Shown: positions 47,501-57,495, counted from the stretch's first letter. The stretch: DNA of 64,000 nucleotides from a bacterium (GCA_963693055.1 OY843751.1:1370072-1434071), one strand, 5' to 3'. Numbers and translations are program-made. The notes: a model not told the origin generated them from the letters alone.

Positions 47501-47896
47501 CTCGGTTCCTCCGGATGTCCAGGCGCCAAGTGTTCCTATTAACGCGGGTTTAACAACGCGATTGTTATATATCATGTCATAGTTGTTGGTTTTATCAAGG
47601 GCGTAATACAGTCTGCCGCCCATTTCCGGGGTAACGCATATTTTTATATATTCATTCTCCAAAACAACTGCCTTGTAATCTATATTTGTTTTGACCTCGG
47701 TCTGAACATTATAGAATGGATAGGGGTATATATGTCTTTCTGCAAGCTGAACTTCTTCGTTGCGAAAAAAAAGAGGGATTTTATCCGGATCAGGTACCTT
47801 GTACGTGGGTAAAGTCATTGTTTCTTCGTATACCCTTACCTGAGAAAAACAGATTGAGCTAAATACTAGCAGCAAGACATATAGATGCGATTTCAT
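44525..47896 (-). CDS. Large secreted protein: DUF5107-like N-terminal domain followed by multiple TPR repeats
   Basis: 1123 aa with signal peptide MKSHLYVLLLVFSSICFSQ. The N-terminal ~480 aa is a non-repeat domain; the C-terminal ~600 aa is TPR-like (YYKAALARDPNNVLANTQIGTVYLKRGAYSKAQKHLEKA...). The DUF5107 assignment is from memory of this family's architecture and was not verified. Confidence 0.55.
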   Translation of the reverse strand: MKSHLYVLLLVFSSICFSQVRVYEETMTLPTYKVPDPDKIPLFFRNEEVQLAERHIYPYPFYNVQTEVKTNIDYKAVVLENEYIKICVTPEMGGRLYYALDKTNNYDMIYNNRVVKPALIGTLGAWTSGGTEWNTPHHHRATSLLPVDYTITEHADGSKTVWVGEYEKRSQTRWLVGMTLEPGKSYVKMEFKTLNVTPFQYPALFFANNAVHTNDDYQFIFPPDVEMMNFHYVTEFTRWPILNQVYQSYDYTHGEDLSWWNAAKQPTSFFVTRSHQDFMGGIDHGKKAGVAMVGDHRIFKGKKLWNWGKNEVQKVWDEKLTDTDGPYAELMMGFYSDNQPDYNFVAPFETKYGTMYMYGIKNLSNMKEVNKDFAVNLELENHKALIQINATSVQKGTQIILKDKGETIFTKTLEISPVKPFQTEIKINKNTAYEDLAITLLSSQGTQMLSWQKQPPLNEPFPETYEDPSTPDSYTNSQDLFFAGLKLEQFGNTNYDYMAYYKAALARDPNNVLANTQIGTVYLKRGAYSKAQKHLEKAVKIVTGNHKKAQDATSLFYLGICYMQQGEIEKALDMLYRATWDYEWTSAGYTLVSRLEALQNDWNKAYDAADRACKANTQNVEALVSKAIILRKQGDYPQALETIKDALTVDPLCLIAMNELRILDTHIKTDQNLAHYMDIAKHFRSEPYNYIETATRYSEMGLYTDASNVLELAASSSLKELNAYPMIYYHLAMYYDLAGKTDKSQDALNKAGNLPLELCFPYGSESIKVLKYAVSQDSRDVSACYLLGNALADYQHENAIKYWKMAAEIKSSESIIYRNIAYIEANHLQDMPNALANIIKAISLDPTEPRYFNEADLYMSYSSMSPEQLAQFLDEYGTLGKDIVDIQIMEIKLSNYYGNYDKALGLLNEINYHIKEGATFNPHVLWFDANLQTGIQYMNNKDHKKAESFFMQAMEFPKNLEAERNSKVGIAYYYLGQNAALANDKKAAKSWYEKMVNYTFNKGWGAGDFPEIEYYKALAQIELGDKSGAEKRFEKLIEDGLQRINKGKDSRHITVTVDEEHSGRIFQLNKELQRKKLHVSSYYMQGLGHLGLGEKDQAISLFTKALETDPLNIDANLILQSIQ

Positions 47897-47972
47897 ACAT
47901 ACCTCTGGATAGTTAATTTTTTTCTTAAATATTTATGATAAAATAAAAATTTTTTTATTAAATCAAAGCAAT

Positions 47973-48914
47973 TTACGGTTGGTGGGTATTGCTCCAGTTC
48001 AAACCGTTCTTGTGATTGATACTGTGTGCAATGTCAGAAGCAATTTTGAAATATTCTTGCATTTCTTTTGAATTGTGGGTTGTTTTGTAAAAATCATATA
48101 GCGCTTGCGCACTGGTCATCATAGCAAATGGAGCATTTATATCAACTGCAATATCATAGGCGGTAAGCAAATATTCCAATGCAGTTTCTGTATTACCCCT
48201 AGCTGATTCCAGCTGCCCCATGGTAATGTATGAAAATGGCAGGAACGGTTTTAATCCGATTTGCTGACGCAGTCCCAGCGAGCGTTTGTGGAGCGGATAA
48301 GAAGCGTCTACATCTCCATTGCGTTGATGCGCTTTACCCAGATGTCGGATTGCAAATGAAAGTTCGTACTGATATTGATAATCCTCTGCAATACTGCCTG
48401 CTCTTGAGAAATGTTCAACAGCCCTTTCAAACTGCTGTTCTTGTTCATCTGTCTGACCCAAATGAATTAATACTTTGCAAACACCAATACTGTGGTCATA
48501 GTTTTCATAAATTTTTAATGCAGTATCGAAATGATTGCGGGCCTCAGCAAGACTGCCGGATTGCTGGTGTTCAAACCGGTGCAGCATGGCATTACCAATC
48601 TCGTCATTGGCATCTGCAATTTGCAAGTCTGCATCAATCTGTTTTGCCAAATCTAATGCTTTGTTAAGGGAAAACAGGGCCTCGTCATAACTGCTGTTAT
48701 GTAGAAATGCTGTCATCTCCTGAATACGTCCCAGTTGCACCCACAAAGAAACGCGGTTCTGGGCCCATTTTGCATATTCCGGGATGCTGCTTAGTGCGGT
48801 TTCTACCAAAATTTCTGCTTCTTTTAGCTGACCATTGTTGTATTGGCGGCAGGACAACTCGTAAACGGATTGGTAATAGGTATGGAAATTTTTGTTATCT
48901 TTGAAACTGGTCAT
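47973..48914 (-). CDS. Tetratricopeptide-repeat protein (cytoplasmic)
   Basis: 313 aa, no signal peptide. Repeated helical hairpins with TPR-like spacing (ALDLAKQIDADLQIADANDEIGNAMLHR...ALKIYENYDHSIGVCKVLIHLGQ...). Confidence 0.55.
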   Translation of the reverse strand: MTSFKDNKNFHTYYQSVYELSCRQYNNGQLKEAEILVETALSSIPEYAKWAQNRVSLWVQLGRIQEMTAFLHNSSYDEALFSLNKALDLAKQIDADLQIADANDEIGNAMLHRFEHQQSGSLAEARNHFDTALKIYENYDHSIGVCKVLIHLGQTDEQEQQFERAVEHFSRAGSIAEDYQYQYELSFAIRHLGKAHQRNGDVDASYPLHKRSLGLRQQIGLKPFLPFSYITMGQLESARGNTETALEYLLTAYDIAVDINAPFAMMTSAQALYDFYKTTHNSKEMQEYFKIASDIAHSINHKNGLNWSNTHQP

Positions 48915-49093
48915 TATATTTCCTTATTTTAGTATTGGAGATACTTATTAGAACCACAATGAAACCATAAATCATCCATAAATCAATTCCGGTATACATT
49001 AAATTCCTTGACTTTGTAAATCGTGTTGCTGAAATTACAGGGTATTCACATCCGAATATATTCACAACATTGCAGTAAAAAGCGGAGTTGATA

Positions 49094-50611
49094 ATGAAGA
49101 GAATGCTATTAATATTCTCCATGCTCTATTTCTATATAAACAGTTTTGCGCAAATTTTTAATGAGCTTCCCTATACAGCGGATTTGGGCAGTGGAATGTA
49201 TCAAAATCCCATATTGGCAGGAGATTATGCCGATCCTTCAATTTTAAGAGATGGTGATGATTTTTATATGACCCATTCCTCGTTTTATTACTGTCCTGGA
49301 TTGATGGTGTGGCATTCAAAAGATTTGGTGAACTGGCAGCCTATTGGACATGCATTGCATGAATACCTGGGATCGGTTTGGGCTCCCGAATTGATCAAGC
49401 ATAAGGACAAATACTATATTTATATTCCCATAGAAGGTACCAATTATGTGGTAACAGCAGATTCTCCGGCAGGTCCCTGGAGTGAACCGGTTGAGATCCT
49501 AGTCGAGAAAATAGATCCCGGGCACGTTGTGGGACCGGATGGTACCCGCTACCTCTATTTTTCCGGCGGGTATTATGTAGAGCTGTCAGATGATGGATTG
49601 TCTGCTATAAGCGAAATGAAGCAGGTTTATGAGGGTTGGCCTATTCCTCAGGAGTGGCTGATACAGTGCATGTGCCTGGAATCTCCCAAGATTATTTTTC
49701 ATGATGGATATTATCATCTTATTGTTGCCCAGGGAGGAACAGCTGGGCCTCCAACCGCACATATGGTAGTAACGGCCCGTTCCAAATCTCCCACAGGGCC
49801 CTGGGAAAACTCGCCTTTTAATCCTATTGTGCACACCTGGAGCAGCAGTGAAAAATGGTGGGCAAAAGGGCATGGAACTATGGTGCAGGACCTGGATGAC
49901 AAGTGGTGGATTGTCTACCATGGTTATGAAAAAGGATACTATACGCTGGGACGTCAAACCCTGATGGAGCCTATTGAATGGACTGCGGATGGATGGCCGC
50001 GGGTACCTGCAACGATCCGGACTGATTTGCCTATTCAAAAGCCCGCGGGTGGGGAATCTCGCCCGACTTTAACATTATCTGATGATTTTTCAAATCAATC
50101 CCTGGGGTACCAATGGACCTTTTATAAAGCCTGGGAACCGGAGCGGTTTTGTATCAAAGATGGCTCACTGTTTCTGGATGCGTGCGGGAACAGTCCCAGA
50201 GCCAGTTCTCCCATGCTGTGTATGCCGGCGCATCATTCCTACGAGGCGCAGGTAGAGTTTGAGATCACTGGTGAAGCAACTGCAGGTTTGCTATTATTCT
50301 ACAGTGAAAAAGCATACGGGGGAATTGCAACTGATGGAAAAAAGATCAGTCAATATCGTCGTGCTGAAAAGGGTAACGCTGGTAATTGGCCCTTTGAAAA
50401 ACATGGGTTCCTCAAGCTGGTAAATAATACACATACGGTTGCATTTTATTACAGTCAGGATGGTAAAGACTGGAAAAAGCTGGACCGTTCCATTCAAACA
50501 GACGGTTATCATCATAATGCTTTTGGTGACTTTATGGCGTTACGGATAGGGCTGGTATCTATGGGCAGTGGTACGGTTCGTTTTGATAATTTTAAATATC
50601 ATGAGAATTAG
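49094..50611 (+). CDS. Glycoside hydrolase family 43 (beta-xylosidase/alpha-L-arabinofuranosidase-like) with C-terminal concanavalin-like/beta-sandwich domain
   Basis: NPILAGDYADPSILRDGDDFYMTHSSF...VWAPELIKHKDKYYIYIP...ESPKIIFHDGYYHLIVAQGG is the GH43 five-bladed propeller signature. ATG at 49094 with a GGAG RBS; the track's start at 49088 is TTG. Confidence 0.85.
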   Translation: MKRMLLIFSMLYFYINSFAQIFNELPYTADLGSGMYQNPILAGDYADPSILRDGDDFYMTHSSFYYCPGLMVWHSKDLVNWQPIGHALHEYLGSVWAPELIKHKDKYYIYIPIEGTNYVVTADSPAGPWSEPVEILVEKIDPGHVVGPDGTRYLYFSGGYYVELSDDGLSAISEMKQVYEGWPIPQEWLIQCMCLESPKIIFHDGYYHLIVAQGGTAGPPTAHMVVTARSKSPTGPWENSPFNPIVHTWSSSEKWWAKGHGTMVQDLDDKWWIVYHGYEKGYYTLGRQTLMEPIEWTADGWPRVPATIRTDLPIQKPAGGESRPTLTLSDDFSNQSLGYQWTFYKAWEPERFCIKDGSLFLDACGNSPRASSPMLCMPAHHSYEAQVEFEITGEATAGLLLFYSEKAYGGIATDGKKISQYRRAEKGNAGNWPFEKHGFLKLVNNTHTVAFYYSQDGKDWKKLDRSIQTDGYHHNAFGDFMALRIGLVSMGSGTVRFDNFKYHEN

Positions 50612-50640
50612 AATTTATCCGCAATGAGGGATAGCTTGAA

Positions 50641-51594
50641 ATGAAACATGTCATCATTGGCATTCATGGATTGGGAAACAAACCACCAAAGCCGGTTTTG
50701 AAAAAATGGTGGAAATTGTCCATGCGAGAGGGTTTGATCAAAGCTGGGAAGGAGCGGCTGTTCATTCCCTTTGAACTGGTTTATTGGGCTGATTTGCTGC
50801 ACGAAAAGCCGCTTGAAATAAAAATGACCAACCACCATAATCCATTGTTAGACAGAGAGCCATACCTGCCCGGGACCCTGCTTGAAGCGGAACCGCAGGC
50901 CAAACCGTCATGGCTGCTGGGATTCATTGAAAACCAACTGGACAAGATTTTTTTAAACGATGATATGAGTCTCAATCTCAGGGGCGTAACAGACAAGATT
51001 ATTCACAAATATTTCAAAGATTTAGAGTCCTATTATACCGAATCCCGGTTGACGCTGGATGAGCAGGAATCAGTCAAAATTGCAATCCAGAATCGTTTGC
51101 TCAGGGTTTTGCACAAGTACAGGCATTATAAGATTTTATTGATTGCGCATTCCATGGGATCCATAGTAGCATATGATGTCCTGAGTCCGCAGGAACAGCC
51201 CATGGTGCATTCAATGGTGACCATTGGCTCTCCATTGGGATTACCGGTTATTGTGGGACGTATCCTGGCTGAGCAAAAAGAGCGTGGTAATGATCTCGAC
51301 AAACCCCGGGTACCGGAAAGTATACGGGGTACATGGGTAAACATGTCCGATTATCGGGATAAAGTCGCACTGGACCATACCCTGGCAGACGACTATGAGA
51401 GAAACAGTCGGGGACTTTTAGTAGCGGACAAGTTTGTATATAATGACTACAGTGTGGATGGAGAAGCCAATCCCCACAAAGCCTATGGCTACCTGCGTAC
51501 TAAAGAAATGGCAGAGGTTGTTAATGAATTTCTACCGGACAGGATTTGGGACAAGATGTATCGGGTGGTAAGAGAGAAAAGAAGAAAGAATTAA
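50641..51594 (+). CDS. Alpha/beta-hydrolase (esterase/lipase-like, AHSMG nucleophile motif)
   Basis: MKHVIIGIHGLGNKPP...LLIAHSMGSIVAYDVL...VTIGSPLG resembles PGAP1/DUF676-type lipase-fold proteins. Confidence 0.6.
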   Translation: MKHVIIGIHGLGNKPPKPVLKKWWKLSMREGLIKAGKERLFIPFELVYWADLLHEKPLEIKMTNHHNPLLDREPYLPGTLLEAEPQAKPSWLLGFIENQLDKIFLNDDMSLNLRGVTDKIIHKYFKDLESYYTESRLTLDEQESVKIAIQNRLLRVLHKYRHYKILLIAHSMGSIVAYDVLSPQEQPMVHSMVTIGSPLGLPVIVGRILAEQKERGNDLDKPRVPESIRGTWVNMSDYRDKVALDHTLADDYERNSRGLLVADKFVYNDYSVDGEANPHKAYGYLRTKEMAEVVNEFLPDRIWDKMYRVVREKRRKN

Positions 51595-51651
51595 CTTAAT
51601 CAGAATACATGTTATTGTGTTAATTATCTTTTAATTTTGATATATTGTATT

Positions 51652-52323
51652 ATGAAAATACATTTTTACATTTTTTATTTGTTTCTATTCTCGATTGTGA
51701 CTGGTTGCACCAATCCCGAAACATCAATCAAACTTGAACCGGGGGACCTGCTGTTTCAGGATCTGGATGGCAGTCCTTTTTATGATGCTATTGAAAAAGT
51801 AACGCAGGGATATAAAGGAGCGAATTTCGCCCATATCGGGATTATTGTTGATGGCCCGCACGAAGAACCGGTGGTGCTTGAGGCTATTGGGCGGGGAGTT
51901 TGCACCACACCGGTGGATACGTTCCTGGCGCGTAGTCATGACAGTAATAACCATCCCAAAGTGATTGTGGGGAGGTTAAAACCGCAATACCGTCACCTCA
52001 TTGCACCTGCGCTGGAACGATTGAATGGGTACCTTGGTAAACCCTATGATCATATTTTTGATATCAATAACGACACTTATTATTGCTCGGAACTGGTTTA
52101 TCTTTCCTATCTTGATGAAACCGGCAAATCTCTGTTTAAACTGTATCCCATGACATTTATCGACCCCGATACGCGTGAGACCTTTCCAGCCTGGGTGGAC
52201 TATTATCAGGAATTGGGTGTTGATATTCCCGAGGGTGAGCCGGGACTGAATCCCGGTGGTATTTCACGCTCCCCGGTATTGGATATTGTACACATGTATG
52301 GAAATCCGGATGGAATGAATTGA
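51652..52323 (+). CDS. Lipoprotein, YiiX-like permuted papain-fold (NlpC/P60 superfamily) hydrolase candidate
   Basis: MKIHFYIFYLFLFSIVTGC lipobox; GDLLFQDLDGSPFYDAIEKVTQG...AHIGIIV...YYCSELVYLSY (Cys/His arrangement as in YiiX/DUF830). Confidence 0.45.
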   Translation: MKIHFYIFYLFLFSIVTGCTNPETSIKLEPGDLLFQDLDGSPFYDAIEKVTQGYKGANFAHIGIIVDGPHEEPVVLEAIGRGVCTTPVDTFLARSHDSNNHPKVIVGRLKPQYRHLIAPALERLNGYLGKPYDHIFDINNDTYYCSELVYLSYLDETGKSLFKLYPMTFIDPDTRETFPAWVDYYQELGVDIPEGEPGLNPGGISRSPVLDIVHMYGNPDGMN

Positions 52324-52426
52324 CTATCTGCTCTGTAATCGTAATAAAGTGATGTAATTTTATAATATTCATGGTGTGTTTATTCATCCAATCTTTTACA
52401 GAATCGTTTAAAAAAGGGGCAAAAGA

Positions 52427-54400
52427 ATGAAACGATTTATGTTTATACTCTTGGTTTTTCTTGCAACTAGTACTCTTGCAAAAGAGATTCAATCTGAATC
52501 TAAAGTGGCTTCTGCTACAGTTTTCCGCAATCGGGCAATGGTGGTCCGTGAGGCATCCGTCAATGTGAGCAAGGGACAGAATACGATCAAAATTTCTGAA
52601 ATGACCAGTGATCTTTTGGATGAGACGGTTCGCGTGTCTGTTCAGGGGAATTTCCGGGTCAAGATTCTGGATGTGAATGTGGAACGACAATATACAATCG
52701 AGATTCAAAAAGAGCGAATCCGGTATATGCAAGCCAAAATCGATTCTCTTGAAGAATTGAAAAAAGCAGCATCAGACCAGCTTGCGATCCTTGAAAGTAA
52801 AAAGGCTTTTGTAGAGTCGTTAAAAGCGGAATCGGTCAAGCTTGAAAACCAGAAAATGTTGCTGGAAAAATCAACAGTCCAGGATTGGTCCAATATGCTG
52901 GGTTTTGTAGATACCAATTTGAATGCTATTTACAAAGATATGCGCAAGCAAAATCAACACATCAAAGAACTGGATGAAGAAATCGCCGCCATTCAACAGA
53001 ACATGCGCCAAACCCAGCGGGATGAGGCCAAAGATTTCAAGGAAATCTTTATAGAATTGGATGCAGACAGAGCCGCTTCTATTGTTTTAGATATATCATA
53101 TATTACCCAAAGCGCGAGCTGGTATCCTACATATGATGCAAGGGTAGACATTGATGATCAAACCATTGAACTGTCATATTACGCAATGGTACAGCAATCC
53201 ACCGGTGAGGACTGGCAGGATGTTGACCTGGACTTTTCAACCGCTGAACCCTTGTCCGTGAAATCAATCCCTGAACTACAACGCTGGTATTTGAATACAC
53301 GTACCCCCGCACTGAGACGATCAAGACCCAGTACTCCCAGTGCACCCAGTGCGAGTTATCCGCGTATCAATGTGGATTATACTCCCAATTTTGGTCTGGC
53401 AAACGGTATTGGTGCCATATCGGGATACGTCAGGTCGGCAACTGATAGAGATCCGTTGCCTGGTGCAAATTTAAGTTTACAGGGAACACGATTAGGGGCA
53501 GCATCGGACAGAAATGGAAAATTTTATATAGCAAATGTACCGATGGGCAGTTATCAGCTTGATGTTAATGTGATTGGTTATGGTCGGCAGATCGTAAAAG
53601 TTGATGTGCTTGCAAAACAAACAGCGAGTTTGAACATTACACTTGCAGAGCAGGCGCTTGAGGGCGAAGCTGTAACAGTTATGGCAGAAAGAAATACGTT
53701 TTTAGACCAGTCAAAATCTTTTGAGACTGGGGCAGGTTCCCTTGAAAAGGAAAAAGCTGTTTATACTCAGGTTGAACAAAGTGAACTGGCAACCACTTTC
53801 AAAGTGCCGGTTAAAAGTTCTGTGCCGGGTGATAACAACACCCATAAAGTAACACTTGCCATTGATGAGATGCCCGTATCGTTTGATTATACCAGCATCC
53901 CCAAAAAAGTACCTGCTGTATTTCTCAAAGGCAAAGCCGCCAATACAAATGACTATCCATTATTGGAAGGCAATATCAACGTATTTGTAGATAACGAGTT
54001 TGTAAACAAAACCTATTTAAAGAATATAGTACCTACGGACACATTGGAACTGACACTGGGCGTGGACAATCATATAACTGTTGAAAAGAACCTGATTAAC
54101 AAGTTTACAGAAAACAAGGGCCTCATCAAAGGCAGTAGAAAAATTACCTATGAATACGAGATTGTTCTTAAAAATAATCGCAAGACAGAAAAGACTATTC
54201 GCTTGTACGATCAACTGCCAATCCCCATGGATGAAAAGATAAAGGTGGAACTGATAGAACCGGACAAGGAAATGAAAGATTTAAGTAATGATCGAAAACT
54301 GGACTGGACATTGAAAATCAAAGCGGGTGAAGAAAAGAAAATTCCTTTAAAATATGTGGTTGAATTTCCACAAAATCTGTCTGTATATGGATTGGAATAA
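52427..54400 (+). CDS. DUF4139/DUF4140 (MuiA-like) family protein with inserted carboxypeptidase-regulatory-like domain
   Basis: 657 aa with a signal peptide. N-terminus ...ATVFRNRAMVVREASVNVSKGQNTIKISEMTSDLLDETVRVSV... is typical of TIGR02231/DUF4140, followed by a long coiled coil. Insert ISGYVRSATDRDPLPGANLSLQG...YQLDVNVIGYGRQIVKVDV (CarboxypepD_reg-like). Confidence 0.6.
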   Translation: MKRFMFILLVFLATSTLAKEIQSESKVASATVFRNRAMVVREASVNVSKGQNTIKISEMTSDLLDETVRVSVQGNFRVKILDVNVERQYTIEIQKERIRYMQAKIDSLEELKKAASDQLAILESKKAFVESLKAESVKLENQKMLLEKSTVQDWSNMLGFVDTNLNAIYKDMRKQNQHIKELDEEIAAIQQNMRQTQRDEAKDFKEIFIELDADRAASIVLDISYITQSASWYPTYDARVDIDDQTIELSYYAMVQQSTGEDWQDVDLDFSTAEPLSVKSIPELQRWYLNTRTPALRRSRPSTPSAPSASYPRINVDYTPNFGLANGIGAISGYVRSATDRDPLPGANLSLQGTRLGAASDRNGKFYIANVPMGSYQLDVNVIGYGRQIVKVDVLAKQTASLNITLAEQALEGEAVTVMAERNTFLDQSKSFETGAGSLEKEKAVYTQVEQSELATTFKVPVKSSVPGDNNTHKVTLAIDEMPVSFDYTSIPKKVPAVFLKGKAANTNDYPLLEGNINVFVDNEFVNKTYLKNIVPTDTLELTLGVDNHITVEKNLINKFTENKGLIKGSRKITYEYEIVLKNNRKTEKTIRLYDQLPIPMDEKIKVELIEPDKEMKDLSNDRKLDWTLKIKAGEEKKIPLKYVVEFPQNLSVYGLE

Positions 54401-54480
54401 CTGTGATGCATTGGTAATGCGCTTGTGGGAATCATACAGGATTTGTATATTTCACGAGTAAAGTTGTATAGGAGGTCGTT

Positions 54481-56091
54481 GTGAAAAGATTGTATGTATT
54501 GCCCTTAATTTTATTTTTATTCTTGAATTGCAGCAAGCCCAAGTTAACTTTGGATGAAATGCTGCCAACTAAAGATGAGGTTGGGGCTGCAGTTATGCCG
54601 GCTGAAATTGCTCCTATACAGGCACCGTTTGATATGTCTGCGGTTAAACGTCCGCAATTTCCGGAGCGTAGTTACAATATCACGGACTTTGGAGCGGTTG
54701 AGGGAGGAGAAACCCTTTGTCGGGATGCAATCCAGGCTGCAATTGATAAAGCCAGCGCCGATGGCGGAGGCAAGGTACTCATTCCGGCAGGTAAATGGCT
54801 GACCGGACGTATTGAATTGAAATCCAATGTTAATCTGGAATTGGCAGAGGGAGCAGAATTACATTTTAGCGGAGAGATACAAGATTACCTGCCGCCGGTA
54901 TTTTGTCGTTCAGAAGGGCTTGAGGTGTTTAGCCTGGGTGCGTTTATTTACGCGTACAAACAGGAAAATATTGCGCTCACCGGAAAAGGTACATTGATAG
55001 GACCAGATGAAGGACCTGCCCGTGAAAGTGTATTGAAAACCGTATCCGATAAAATTGTATCCGTAGATACGCCGGTTAAAGATCGTATTTATGATGGTAC
55101 TCACGATCCGGTTTACTTTAGGCCCTATTCAATCAGTCCTGTTGAATGCAAGGGTGTTTTGGTTGAAGGTGTAACAATTGTGCATGGAGCTTTCTGGAAT
55201 GTGGTACCGGTATATTGTGACAATGTGATCGTACGCGGTGTCCAGATCGAGAGTGTTGGGGTAGTTAATGGTGACGGAGTCAATATTGAATCCAGTCGAA
55301 ATGTACTGGTCGAGTACTGTACCGTGCGTACGGGGGACGACAGCTATTGCTGCAAAGCCGGTAGAAACGAAGATGGTATCCGCACCAACCGTCCCGTTGA
55401 AAATGTAGTATTCCGCAACCTGCTAACGCTGGGTGGTCATGGTGGTATAACATTTGGCAGTGAGACAGCAGGACAAATACGAAATGTATATGTGCATGAT
55501 TGTGTTTTTGATCGTAATGATATGGGCATTCGCTTTAAAACCCGTAGGCCTCGTGGTGGCGGTGGTGAATTCCTGACCATTGAAAATATTCGTATGGATG
55601 TGAAAAAAAATGCCATCGAATGGGACATGCTGGGCCTTGCCATGTGGGTGGGTGAACTTGCAGAGCGGTTACCCCTGCGCCCCACAACACCGTTAACGCC
55701 ATATTATCGTAATATTACAATCCGGAATGTGTTGGGAAAAACAGGCAGACATTGTATCCAGATGGAGGGACTACCCGAGAGTACCGCGAAAGATGTCCTC
55801 ATTGAGAATATTCAATTGGAATGCCTGCGTGGAATTACACTCACAGATGGTGAGAATATAGAACTTAAAAATATTGATATCACATTTACTGAAGAACCCC
55901 TATTTAATGTGCGTGACAGCTGGAACATTGCAACTGAAAATGTTAAGATGAAAACACCACTTGAACCCACAGTCAAAATCTTTGGTGAGCGCTGTGCAAA
56001 TATCAATCTGGATGGATTGATAATAAACGACGGCCAAAAGCCAAAGCTCGTTGCCGAAGAACAGGCTGATCCGGCGACTGTTAAATTTTAG
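54481..56091 (+). CDS. Glycoside hydrolase family 28 (polygalacturonase-like, pectin lyase fold) lipoprotein
   Basis: GTG start with a GGAGG RBS. ITDFGAVEGGETLCRDAIQAAIDKA...GKVLIPAGKWLTGRIELKSNVNL; motifs NGDGVNIESS, RTGDDSYCCKAG, GGHGGITFGSE and GIRFKT correspond to the GH28 NTDG/GDD/GHG/RIK signature. Confidence 0.75.
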   Translation: MKRLYVLPLILFLFLNCSKPKLTLDEMLPTKDEVGAAVMPAEIAPIQAPFDMSAVKRPQFPERSYNITDFGAVEGGETLCRDAIQAAIDKASADGGGKVLIPAGKWLTGRIELKSNVNLELAEGAELHFSGEIQDYLPPVFCRSEGLEVFSLGAFIYAYKQENIALTGKGTLIGPDEGPARESVLKTVSDKIVSVDTPVKDRIYDGTHDPVYFRPYSISPVECKGVLVEGVTIVHGAFWNVVPVYCDNVIVRGVQIESVGVVNGDGVNIESSRNVLVEYCTVRTGDDSYCCKAGRNEDGIRTNRPVENVVFRNLLTLGGHGGITFGSETAGQIRNVYVHDCVFDRNDMGIRFKTRRPRGGGGEFLTIENIRMDVKKNAIEWDMLGLAMWVGELAERLPLRPTTPLTPYYRNITIRNVLGKTGRHCIQMEGLPESTAKDVLIENIQLECLRGITLTDGENIELKNIDITFTEEPLFNVRDSWNIATENVKMKTPLEPTVKIFGERCANINLDGLIINDGQKPKLVAEEQADPATVKF

Positions 56092-56150
56092 AATAATTTG
56101 TCATTCGGATACCGATTTGATCGGTATCCGTTTTAATATATGAGGATGCT

Positions 56151-56597
56151 ATGAAAGAAATTGCAGAGCAGTTGAATGAATTGATAACAGATGCAAAACC
56201 GGGCTTGATGCAATTGGAACCTGGAATGGTTAAAAATAAGCCAAACCCTGAAAAATGGTCAAAGCAGGAAATATTGGGGCACTTGATCGATTCTGCTTCC
56301 AATAATCATCATCGTTTTGTGAGGGCTGGTTATGATGCGGTTAAAGACTTTCCTCCATACGATCCCGATAACTGGGTGAAATTGCAGCAGTATAACGAGA
56401 TGCCTTGGAACAATATGGTGGAATTGTTTTGCCTTTATAATTTACACCTGGTACATGTTTTAAATATTTTCCCCGTTGAAAAGTTGAATAGCATGTGTTA
56501 CTTTGTTGGTAAAGATAATCCGGTTACCATTGAATATGTTATTCGCGATTACCTTCGTCATTTAAAACACCACCTGGACCAAATTTTAGAAAAATAG
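56151..56597 (+). CDS. DinB-family (DinB_2/YfiT-like) four-helix-bundle metal-binding protein
   Basis: KWSKQEILGHLIDSASNNHHRFVRAGYD...HLKHHLDQIL carries the His triad of the DinB superfamily. Confidence 0.65.
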   Translation: MKEIAEQLNELITDAKPGLMQLEPGMVKNKPNPEKWSKQEILGHLIDSASNNHHRFVRAGYDAVKDFPPYDPDNWVKLQQYNEMPWNNMVELFCLYNLHLVHVLNIFPVEKLNSMCYFVGKDNPVTIEYVIRDYLRHLKHHLDQILEK

Positions 56598-56601
56598 CTG
56601 A

Positions 56602-57495
56602 ATGATTAAAGAAATAATTAGCTTTGTGCAGCGGAACAGTGTGCTTCCACCGGCATTTCAAACCATGTTGATAAGTGCATTAAATCTCGTTAAAGAAGAG
56701 GATGAAAGGCAAGAGCTTTGTGAACTGGCTTGTGCTGTCTCTAACAGATCCTGGCAGGATTGGATAGCCGATCGAAAGCCGGAAGATAATCGCAAAGAGC
56801 ATGAGTGGATCGTGTTTTTGAATTTGATGCGTATTGCCCAATGTGAAAAATTATCACTGTCTGAAAAACGGATTGCAACCGCATTCGCATTTACACATGA
56901 TTCCTATTTTATCAAGCGGATCATGGAAGCCACCATTGAAGAAATAAAAGAGGATGCAAAGCGATTACTCGAAATAAATCCTGAGCAATCCCTACAATTA
57001 ATGGACAAGGCGGAAAAGCTGGAAAAAGATAAAGCAGATCAACGCAACCAGCATATGAACAAAGGTGCTGAAAACGCCAGGATACTGCTTGATGACTTGA
57101 CAGGATTTGAAACTGACCGAAAATTAATGGCACTTGAGGAAATTGATCGCTGTTGTGAAATTATTAGGAATCATGACAAGTGGAAAACCAGAGTGCCGTA
57201 TCCGCTCGGGAGTGACAAACTAGCAGTCGTCTGTGTTGAAGCAGATGCCCTTTGGCCCATGCACCCATTAGGTGTATTGGCAGATATTGAACGTCCTGAT
57301 GAAAATGGTAACACTCTGGATCCTGATGATCCGAATAGCTGGCGACAAAAGGTTGATGAAAGTCTGGGAACGCTTTTACGTTATCAACAAAACTGGTATG
57401 GATTAGGGGAATCTTTTAAAGACGCTGATTCCATATTCCGTACCCCTGAAGGTTTCCGGATATTTAATCAGTGGCGTGAGTTTTGGGGGATTTAA
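56602..57495 (+). CDS. Hypothetical protein (possible degenerate HD-type domain)
   Basis: 297 aa, no signal peptide; contains FAFTHDSYF and a coiled-coil middle segment; no confident family assignment. Confidence 0.35.
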   Translation: MIKEIISFVQRNSVLPPAFQTMLISALNLVKEEDERQELCELACAVSNRSWQDWIADRKPEDNRKEHEWIVFLNLMRIAQCEKLSLSEKRIATAFAFTHDSYFIKRIMEATIEEIKEDAKRLLEINPEQSLQLMDKAEKLEKDKADQRNQHMNKGAENARILLDDLTGFETDRKLMALEEIDRCCEIIRNHDKWKTRVPYPLGSDKLAVVCVEADALWPMHPLGVLADIERPDENGNTLDPDDPNSWRQKVDESLGTLLRYQQNWYGLGESFKDADSIFRTPEGFRIFNQWREFWGI

